Shown here: positions 56,534 through 64,000 of the stretch, one piece after another
How the letters are laid out: every line of letters begins with the position of its first letter
How positions within the stretch are numbered: the stretch's first letter is position 1
Source of the DNA: Candidatus Cloacimonadales bacterium
GTDB lineage: Bacteria > Cloacimonadota > Cloacimonadia > Cloacimonadales > DAONDQ01
Assembly: GCA_963662275.1 (NCBI GenBank)
Contig: OY759316.1
Coordinates: 2,752,001 to 2,816,000 of the forward strand
DNA: 64,000 nt
Direction of reading: 5' to 3'
Program-made: the position numbers and the translations under genes
Notes under the pieces: generated by a model
Seen by the model: only the letters and a program-made list of their open reading frames with translations
Database searches by the model: none
What the model was told of the DNA's origin: nothing

Positions 56534-58867
56534 TTACTTCATCAGGATCATTTTCTTCGTCACACACTTATCAGTGGCGTTCAAACGATAGAAATAGACT
56601 CCGCTGGAACAAGTATTTCCTTTCTCGTCTTTGCCATCCCAGACAATTTTATGCAGCCCCAACGGCATATTTTCACTGAATAATTGGATTACCTTTTGTC
56701 CTCTGATATTATAGACAGACAATGTCACATAGGATGATTGAAGAATATTGAAGGAAATTGTCGTACTCGGATTGAAGGGATTGGGATAATTGTACAGGAT
56801 TGTAGCACCTACTTCAGGAGGTAATTCATCTTCATTCCCCACCGATATCGATCCAAACTCATAACAGCCCATATCGATGCGGTTATTCCAGATACGGTAA
56901 TTCCCTGCCAGATCTGAGATAGGCAACGCAAGTCCTGTGGTATCCGGTGTACCGGAATCTATACAGAAAGAACCTGCTGCCAGTGAATAGCGTAACGGGT
57001 CATATTCGTTTCCTCCCAGGAAACCGGGACTTGATGAGATATTATGATTCAAATAATAGACATGATTTGCAGCACTTGAGTTCAAAATTCCAGTCTGCCC
57101 ATTCTGAATAAAGTTATAATCAAAAGTCAGATCTATATGTTCCCCATTATCAGGGACGGGAATATGTATTTCATTAGGTGTCTGATTAAGAAAGATAGTG
57201 TTCCATATATGTGCGATCCCATATAGCTGCAAATTGTAATCATGTCCAAAATTGTCAACAAAGTCGCAATTTGAGATATTAATATTTGCATTATTGGCAG
57301 CACCAAAGTTGATAATACCATTTTCCCCATTAATATTTGAAAACAAAGTGTTATTAATGTTCATGGTAATTGGTTGGGCGGGATTATCAACACCGCCAAA
57401 AGCAATACACTGAGAATGACTGTCAGCCATAGCCATATGGTCAAATATGCAATTTTCAATGGATGTATCTGATAATTTTAACCAGATTAAAGGATGAGCC
57501 CAGGCACTGACATAAACTGCCGTTGACCTGCAGTTTGTGATCTTCCAGTTTTTCATCATTCCACTGAACTCTCCATAAATATTAACTACGCTGCCATCAT
57601 TAAAGGTAACATTATCTATGATAAGACCATCGATAACACTATCTCGTAAAAAATCTAAAGAAATCAGGTCTGCTTGATACAGAGTTAAATTTTCAGCTTT
57701 AATATTTCGAAACGTAATTCGACTTCCTTCAGTACCCCCAATCAATTTACCATTCATTGAATCCACAAAAGATAAACTCACATCTGCTAGTGTATAATTG
57801 CTCTTATAACTTGTTGAAATATCTGTGACATAAATAGAGGAAAACTGAGGATGATCCTCTCCAATGATGATTGTACTATCCATTCCTGCCCCAACCACAT
57901 TCACCCAGCTTTTCATGGTAATGGGGAATATCTGCTGATTTGCCGTTAACGAAAAGGTTCCCGGCAATATGTGGACAGTCTTTGGATTCAGGCTATCCGC
58001 AGCTATGCGGTAGATAGCAGTATGAATTGTCTTTAATGCTGACAGGGGAGATAAGCCATCATTCTCATCATTGCCTAAAGGTGACACATAAAGATCATGA
58101 TTAATTTCTTGAGTAAAGGCGTTTAGGATATGTAAGTTCATGTAATTCTGATACCCATAATCATTGCAATTCTGAGCAAAATAATTACTTGGATTCAAGA
58201 CTGTAAAAGTATCCAGGTAAATATCGATATCAGTCCTCGTTCTCCACACCAGGATATCCTGACTGCCACCGGCGATATTATTATAAATTGAGCAGCGGTT
58301 AACAGGATCGAAAGTAACCATAGAACCTGAATTCGTAATCAGGATCCCTCCTCCTCCTGCCAGGCAACGATTATGATAGATTTTAACTCCTGATAAAGTA
58401 ACAGCAGATCCAGCGGTAATAATCCCGCCCCCCCCCAAAGCGATATTATTGAATATTTTGCAGTTTTGAATTATAGCTGTAACATTAGGAGATATTCCTA
58501 TTCCACCACCATTCCCATTGTTGAATCCATTAGTAAGGGAAAATCCCCTAAACTCAATATCCTGGGTATTCGAGAATACTTTAAAGCATGTATATATTGC
58601 ATTTCCATCTATAATAGTGGAATCAATGTAAGCCGGATTATTGGTAGTGGCTTCCAGGCTTTCCAAAGTCAAATTATTGGTACTGATAGAAACATTCTCC
58701 ACGTACCTTCCGGGGTGAACCAGCACCACGTCTCCACTGGCAGAGGCATCTATGGCAGATTGAATCGTGGTATATTGCTCTGAGCCATCAATATCTACAA
58801 TGCGGGTAATTCCAAACAACAATCCTAATGAACAGATAAGGAATATCAACAGCATCTTTTTTGACAT
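56534..58867 (-). CDS. Secreted pectin-lyase-like beta-helix protein (DUF1565-like) with FlgD-Ig/T9SS-like tail
   Basis: TIQSAID...GDVVLVHPG.Y.E; LYVSP.GND.NDGLS...KTI; CIDSG.PD...DLAGN.R...IDMGCYE; YPNPFNPST. Confidence 0.85.
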   Translation of the reverse strand: MSKKMLLIFLICSLGLLFGITRIVDIDGSEQYTTIQSAIDASASGDVVLVHPGRYVENVSISTNNLTLESLEATTNNPAYIDSTIIDGNAIYTCFKVFSNTQDIEFRGFSLTNGFNNGNGGGIGISPNVTAIIQNCKIFNNIALGGGGIITAGSAVTLSGVKIYHNRCLAGGGGILITNSGSMVTFDPVNRCSIYNNIAGGSQDILVWRTRTDIDIYLDTFTVLNPSNYFAQNCNDYGYQNYMNLHILNAFTQEINHDLYVSPLGNDENDGLSPLSALKTIHTAIYRIAADSLNPKTVHILPGTFSLTANQQIFPITMKSWVNVVGAGMDSTIIIGEDHPQFSSIYVTDISTSYKSNYTLADVSLSFVDSMNGKLIGGTEGSRITFRNIKAENLTLYQADLISLDFLRDSVIDGLIIDNVTFNDGSVVNIYGEFSGMMKNWKITNCRSTAVYVSAWAHPLIWLKLSDTSIENCIFDHMAMADSHSQCIAFGGVDNPAQPITMNINNTLFSNINGENGIINFGAANNANINISNCDFVDNFGHDYNLQLYGIAHIWNTIFLNQTPNEIHIPVPDNGEHIDLTFDYNFIQNGQTGILNSSAANHVYYLNHNISSSPGFLGGNEYDPLRYSLAAGSFCIDSGTPDTTGLALPISDLAGNYRIWNNRIDMGCYEFGSISVGNEDELPPEVGATILYNYPNPFNPSTTISFNILQSSYVTLSVYNIRGQKVIQLFSENMPLGLHKIVWDGKDEKGNTCSSGVYFYRLNATDKCVTKKMILMK

Positions 58868-58900
58868 ATCTTCTCCTGGATTACGATCTTTACCCCTGAT

Positions 58901-58945
58901 CCCCTCCCTTTGGATAAAGGGAGGGGTAAGGGGAGAGTTTGATTC
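58901..58945 (-). repeat. Empty copy of the host palindrome
   Basis: Minus strand GAATCAAACTCTCC-CCTTA-CCCCTCCCTTTATCCAAAGGGAGGGG. Confidence 0.75.
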
Positions 58946-59229
58946 ATTTCTGAACCTGTGTATTATTTGTCATGGCTCCTCGCCTTCGCAAGGATGACAA
59001 TAATGTTGTAATGTGGTGATTACTTCAGGAATCGTGGCAGCTTGGTTTACCTTGCTTCGTAAAGGACACTTTAGGGTCATGAATATATGCAGTAGCCTAA
59101 AGTCAACTTTACCATTCCTAAAGCAGTTTCCTGAAGTAAACTTTACACAAGCTGAAGCAGTAGCCACCCTTGTCCTCTACCACTTTTAATTTTTAATCTT
59201 TAATTTTTAATTGAAATGAAGCTGCTGCT

Positions 59230-61638
59230 TCATTTCACCACCATCATCTTATGAACAGCCTGGTACTTTCCTGCATTGAGCTTCACGATGTAAACACCGG
59301 AACTAATCTCACGATTCTGGTCATTCTTGAGATTCCAGGCTGTGGAGTAAGGTACTTCTGTTTGACTGAAGCCTGTCTTATCTTTGGTTACAGAACGCAT
59401 ATCATTCATACTGTTGGAAACTTCAATGGATTTGACCAGTTGTCCTCTGATATTGTAGATTTCTATCATGGGTGATTTAGCTGACTTCTCGGGTATGCTG
59501 AATTCCAGGAACACGGCATGTGATCTTGTACCATTCAGATAGACCGGATTCGGATAAGTTGTAAAGGACACTTCAGGGTCATATATCCCTTGAACATCAT
59601 CATGATTGCCCACAGGCACCGAACCAAACTCATAACAGCCCATATCGATTCTGCCATCCCATACCCGGTGATTACCGGCTAAGTCCATAACCGAAATATT
59701 CAAGCCGGTTGTATCCTGGAGACCTGCATTGATACAGGGTGAGCTTGAACTTAATTGATAATACGCAGGATCAGATATAGGAAGAGAGTTATTGAGCATA
59801 CCTGCAAATAAGGGATTGCTGTTCAGCAGCAGGTTATTCTGCTGCACATATTCCAAATGATCAGCAGCCACAGTCCGATGCAATAATGTATTGCTGATCG
59901 TAGGATGGTACTGAACCTCATCGAAGGTCATAAAACTTACATCCCAGTACATATCAGGATTATAGAAGATACTATTTCGGATATCCGCTTCTCCATTGAT
60001 TTGAACCGGACATGTATCACTGCCCCTGTTGTTGGCAATGGTGCAGTTACTGATCTGCATTCTCTGGAAATTATTGTGCAGGGAAACCAGGGAGCTCGCC
60101 CAGGGATCATTGATCTCGGAGTAGTTATTAACGATCAGCATATTGGACATATCCAGGCTGTACGCAGACTCTTCTTCATTCACATTCTGATAAAAGAAGA
60201 CATAGGCATTCCCCGCAGTGCAATTTGAAATAATACTATTGCGAATTGTAACATCTGATTCCCAGATTTCAAATCCTAGATGATTGGCATTATATCCATT
60301 AATTTGAAGGTTATCAACAATGCAGTTATTTACAACGATATTCTCATTATAATACATCAGGAAAGCAGTATTATCATAATCTTCTGTTGTGGAATTATGA
60401 ACTAAAATGTTTTCCAGAATTACATCATGACTATACGTCCCACTGATACCGTCAGTGTCACCAAAATTACCGTCAAACTCCAGGTTTCTAAATATTGCAT
60501 CATAAATATTCCCAAAACCTACAGAAGCTCCATAATCAGGATATCCAATAAATTTGAGATTGCTGACTTCAATATCGTTTTGGTTGCCAGCAGCAATGTA
60601 ATACCTCAGAGCATTATTCTCATCTAAAATCGTTGTTTCGAAACTGTCTCCAATCAGTTTCATATGTGATTTTAGCTGTAAAGGGAAAAACTGCTCATTT
60701 CCAGTGATTGAATATATACCGGGTGCCAGGTGGATGGTTTTTGGATTCAGGCTGTCCGGTTGAATGACTTGAATCGCATGATAAATTGTTTTAAAGGGAT
60801 CATCTGATGAAAGCCCTGAATTCGTATCATCCCCATCCGGAGAAACGTACAGATCATGGTTAATTAAGCTATAATATGGGTGCTGCACAGTAATATGAAC
60901 ATTGGGTGAGGAACTAAAGAAATAGCTGTCAGGTTCCGTAAGCTCAATGCTGAAGATATTGAACATAATATCAAGTTGATTAGAATAATTATATAATCTA
61001 ACATCCCCGCCGATATTGTTATATATACTGTTGGGGCGAATGTTATCAAAATCTATTTGGGAAGCATTTGTCCCTGTAATATAAATTCCTCCAGGTAGTT
61101 CAGAACCAATACAATTCTTTATTGTTGTGTTAGAAAGATAAAAGGTAGTCCCATTGAAATAGACTCCACCACAACGAGAAATACAATTTTGAATTACACA
61201 GTTCAGGATCGAAATACCTGAATGATTTGTTACTTCAATTCCTCCTCCCCATACATCATCATTATCCGCATCATAATAATCAGGGATCAGATTCACAGGA
61301 TCATTATTAGTGAAGGTAAAACCATTGATCGTGACAGTTTCACCATGATCTATCTCGATACAGGAAGATACTGTGGTGGGATGGATAACAGTGTTATCGA
61401 TTGTTTCCTGGGAAAGTGTGGTTGGATACAAGCTTTGCAGAGTGATGGATTTCCCGTTTGTCTCAAGGGCTTCTGCATAGACTCCCGGATACACCTGTAT
61501 AATATCTCCATTAACAGAGACATTGATTGCCTCCTGGATACTGGTGAAATCCTGGGTACTATCCAGAGAGACATTCCATGTAATACAAAAACCAGCTTGT
61601 GCTATTACAAGTAACAGAATCAAAAAACTTAATTTCAT
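59230..61638 (-). CDS. Paralogous secreted beta-helix protein with FlgD-Ig/T9SS-like tail
   Basis: Same architecture as 56534-58867 (INHDLYVSP, DSLNPKTIHL, RIDMGCYEFGS); variant tail YPNPVY...IYNIRGQ. Confidence 0.85.
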   Translation of the reverse strand: MKLSFLILLLVIAQAGFCITWNVSLDSTQDFTSIQEAINVSVNGDIIQVYPGVYAEALETNGKSITLQSLYPTTLSQETIDNTVIHPTTVSSCIEIDHGETVTINGFTFTNNDPVNLIPDYYDADNDDVWGGGIEVTNHSGISILNCVIQNCISRCGGVYFNGTTFYLSNTTIKNCIGSELPGGIYITGTNASQIDFDNIRPNSIYNNIGGDVRLYNYSNQLDIMFNIFSIELTEPDSYFFSSSPNVHITVQHPYYSLINHDLYVSPDGDDTNSGLSSDDPFKTIYHAIQVIQPDSLNPKTIHLAPGIYSITGNEQFFPLQLKSHMKLIGDSFETTILDENNALRYYIAAGNQNDIEVSNLKFIGYPDYGASVGFGNIYDAIFRNLEFDGNFGDTDGISGTYSHDVILENILVHNSTTEDYDNTAFLMYYNENIVVNNCIVDNLQINGYNANHLGFEIWESDVTIRNSIISNCTAGNAYVFFYQNVNEEESAYSLDMSNMLIVNNYSEINDPWASSLVSLHNNFQRMQISNCTIANNRGSDTCPVQINGEADIRNSIFYNPDMYWDVSFMTFDEVQYHPTISNTLLHRTVAADHLEYVQQNNLLLNSNPLFAGMLNNSLPISDPAYYQLSSSSPCINAGLQDTTGLNISVMDLAGNHRVWDGRIDMGCYEFGSVPVGNHDDVQGIYDPEVSFTTYPNPVYLNGTRSHAVFLEFSIPEKSAKSPMIEIYNIRGQLVKSIEVSNSMNDMRSVTKDKTGFSQTEVPYSTAWNLKNDQNREISSGVYIVKLNAGKYQAVHKMMVVK

Positions 61639-61649
61639 GTTTTATCCTT

Positions 61650-61678
61650 AGCAGGTGGAGTTTGATACTCCACCTGCT
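61650..61678. other. Perfect 12-bp intergenic hairpin without U-tract
   Basis: AGCAGGTGGAGT-TTGAT-ACTCCACCTGCT, abutting the RBS of the downstream gene. Confidence 0.7.
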
Positions 61679-61688
61679 TCATAATGCA

Positions 61689-64000
61689 TTACTTCATCAG
61701 GATCATTTTCTTCGTCAAGCTATTCTTATCAGCATTCAGACGATAGAAGTAAACACCGGAGGAAACTTGATTACCCTTGTCATCTCTCCCATCCCATTTA
61801 GAGGAATAGAAGCCGGTAGTTTTTGTTTCATTTACCAGTGTCCTGACTTTTTGTCCTTTGATGTTAAACACATCTAGTGATACCTTAGATTCATTTACCA
61901 GAGAAAACCTGATGATAGTATCAGGATTGAAGGGATTGGGATAATTACCCATCAAGGCAGTTACCGTTGGTAACTGGGGATTATCAGAATCTGGATTATC
62001 CAATTTTATTTTGATGTAATTACCACTATGGTTTAATGAAGCAAATTGAGCCGTGTAGGTACCAGTATGATTGTCCAATACCTGGAAGGTTGGATTAGCC
62101 TGGGAGCCAGATTTAATTGGAGACCAATACTTGAATTCGACAGTCTTGCCTTCCAAAACCGGATCATCCAGGATATAGGCTTTCAGTTGGATTTCCTCAC
62201 CCTTAATTTTTTCAGCGCCTTTGCACACACCATCGACATAAATGGAAATTTCTTGAGGCTCTTTTCCCTCTTCATAACTGGAAAGATCAATATAGGCGAA
62301 GATAGGCAGATAATCGATTTTTTTATTATAGACGAAATGCTCTGCTTTTTCACGTTTGAAAAATGGGGAGATGGGCGGTTCTGGGTTTTCTCCACCCCAA
62401 TGAAATTGCATATCAGAATTACCGATATATCTAACGGCAACCATTTCTCCGGGGTTGATTACAAATCCGCCTTCATGACCTGCTGACATTGGTCCGATCC
62501 AAGTATCAGAGTATGTAAGCATGTTATTCGCATTTAAGACAAGCTCTCTTTCCATACACCATTCCTGGGATTTGATGGCAACGATATGGGGAAGAACAGA
62601 TGTTAATGCAACAAAAGGATTCATGCTCTTGTCGAGGAAATAGCCCAGCCACACTTCCCGTTCGAGAACTCCTGTTTCCGGATTCACTGTACAGCCGGCT
62701 GTGCCTGCGACAGGCGGCATTAATTCAAGGGAAGTTATAGAATTTCCGGTATTACCGGGCTGGAAACCATCAAACTCTATTTGCTTTGTTTCCGGTCCTG
62801 CATCCTGGCGTAATTGGATTTTATAGCCATATTGCGATCTGACTTGATGATTGGGATTAGAAAAGGCAAATATGGGTGGATTGTGTAAGACATCCCATTG
62901 CACACCACCTGCTTCTGTATTATAAAGCCATTGCAATTCACTTAATTGTCTGGCATTTGGATCACTATCGAACAAATCATTCTCTCTAAAGTTATTAAAC
63001 ACATTCGTAATATTATCAGCATTGCGGGATGAATTTGGATAATCGATCGCCGGAATACTGACCCAATTCCATTCTTCGCTTTTCTCCAGTGTGATCAAAC
63101 CGTTTCTGTGACCTGTATTCCAGGGAGTGAGCGCACCGATATCGAAACGAGAATGATCGCTATCCTCATCCCAGGGGAGATATTCGGAATGAAGGAGCGG
63201 AAAAGGATCAGGATCACCTGCATCGATGCAGGGAGATTTCACATCTTCATCCCAGATAGGGTGAAATTCACTATCCAATAGCATATTACTGACATTTGTC
63301 GATACTTGGAATGCGGTATCTACACCTGAATAACCGTGATTGAAAAGCGAATACATGACTGTATTAGTAGCTGTTAGTGACGGCATTTCAGGACGGGAAA
63401 AGACCGTGTTATTTGCTCCTGTTTGAAAGAGGCAATTATTAAACTTTGTTGTTAGATTTGAATATTTTTGCATTATTGCACCATAATAAGAAGAAGAAAT
63501 AGTATCCATAATAAAATCACAATTATTGATATTCAATTGCCCGCTGCATTGATTTGCGGCAAGCATAAAATCATGATCACCGCCCAGAAAAGTTATGATG
63601 TTATTTGAAAATGCATGGTCAGCAATATATGAATTGCTGAAAGAAAAATTGCATCCTGTAAAACACGGTCCAACTGTGCCATGATGATTCAGATAACCAA
63701 TAGGCATTGGGCTGTTATTTATGAAAGTATTGTTGTTGATCGACAAATTTACAGGACTATTAATGTAATCATCATCTGTCATCGTAATATCCAATGGACC
63801 ACTTGAACCGCTTGTATGATTATTAGTAAACAGGTTATTTTTAATTTTGATATCGCGACAATTTTTCAAATAAACTGCACCTCCAGGAGTACCAGAAGAA
63901 ATCTCTCCGGTGCCACTGGATCTGTTATTATCAAAAGTACAGTTTAGTATTGAAATCGTACTCGCCACTGCATGGATAGCACCTCCAAAAATACCGGAAT
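61689..64000 (-). CDS. Secreted beta-helix protein with FlgD-Ig/T9SS-like tail (5' end beyond the window)
   Basis: Frame stays open to the window edge (SGIFGGAIHAVASTIS...); SPCIDAGDP, DIGA, YPNPFNPDT tail. Confidence 0.85.
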   Translation of the reverse strand, partial: SGIFGGAIHAVASTISILNCTFDNNRSSGTGEISSGTPGGAVYLKNCRDIKIKNNLFTNNHTSGSSGPLDITMTDDDYINSPVNLSINNNTFINNSPMPIGYLNHHGTVGPCFTGCNFSFSNSYIADHAFSNNIITFLGGDHDFMLAANQCSGQLNINNCDFIMDTISSSYYGAIMQKYSNLTTKFNNCLFQTGANNTVFSRPEMPSLTATNTVMYSLFNHGYSGVDTAFQVSTNVSNMLLDSEFHPIWDEDVKSPCIDAGDPDPFPLLHSEYLPWDEDSDHSRFDIGALTPWNTGHRNGLITLEKSEEWNWVSIPAIDYPNSSRNADNITNVFNNFRENDLFDSDPNARQLSELQWLYNTEAGGVQWDVLHNPPIFAFSNPNHQVRSQYGYKIQLRQDAGPETKQIEFDGFQPGNTGNSITSLELMPPVAGTAGCTVNPETGVLEREVWLGYFLDKSMNPFVALTSVLPHIVAIKSQEWCMERELVLNANNMLTYSDTWIGPMSAGHEGGFVINPGEMVAVRYIGNSDMQFHWGGENPEPPISPFFKREKAEHFVYNKKIDYLPIFAYIDLSSYEEGKEPQEISIYVDGVCKGAEKIKGEEIQLKAYILDDPVLEGKTVEFKYWSPIKSGSQANPTFQVLDNHTGTYTAQFASLNHSGNYIKIKLDNPDSDNPQLPTVTALMGNYPNPFNPDTIIRFSLVNESKVSLDVFNIKGQKVRTLVNETKTTGFYSSKWDGRDDKGNQVSSGVYFYRLNADKNSLTKKMILMK

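Noticed and set aside
58970..59167. 65-aa ORF
   Set aside because: It overlaps the dispersed composite repeat and a palindrome; the frame is not preserved in the 28038 copy.

Overview
AT-rich bacterial chromosomal window. The lineage is most likely Cloacimonadota or a related FCB-group diderm; this is inferred from the many secreted proteins ending in a YPNPFN...IYNxxGQ...G(I/V)YF FlgD-Ig/T9SS-like tail, plus the LPS/Kdo genes. Layout: (i) 1-38.6 kb is accessory and surface genes: PPC-, LVIVD- and FN3-repeat proteins, three beta-barrel proteins, an internally deleted Type ISP restriction-modification remnant, and two tandem FN3 + FGE/C-type-lectin lipoproteins followed by LPP20-like and PEGA genes; (ii) 38.8-56.0 kb is housekeeping: pgk, then on the minus strand tRNA-Lys, a SAM-II riboswitch with metK, and kdsA-kdsC-lptC-lptA-lptB-rpoN-lpdA-lipA-hpf-hprK-ptsH-ptsI-pgi-pgi/pmi; (iii) 56.5-64 kb holds three secreted beta-helix proteins with the same tail. 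Most interesting: (a) the two FGE lipoproteins look like remote targets of a diversity-generating retroelement (DGR), with variable NNY codons at the 3' end and an identical 27-nt hairpin-containing element about 21 nt after each stop, but no reverse transcriptase or template repeat lies in the window; (b) many intergenic spacers are mosaics of recurring palindromes, including one host element that is either empty or carries one of two different guest palindromes at the same internal position; (c) heptamer tandem repeats repeatedly supply stop codons or terminal codons of genes. All alignments and counts were done by eye and no database searches were run.
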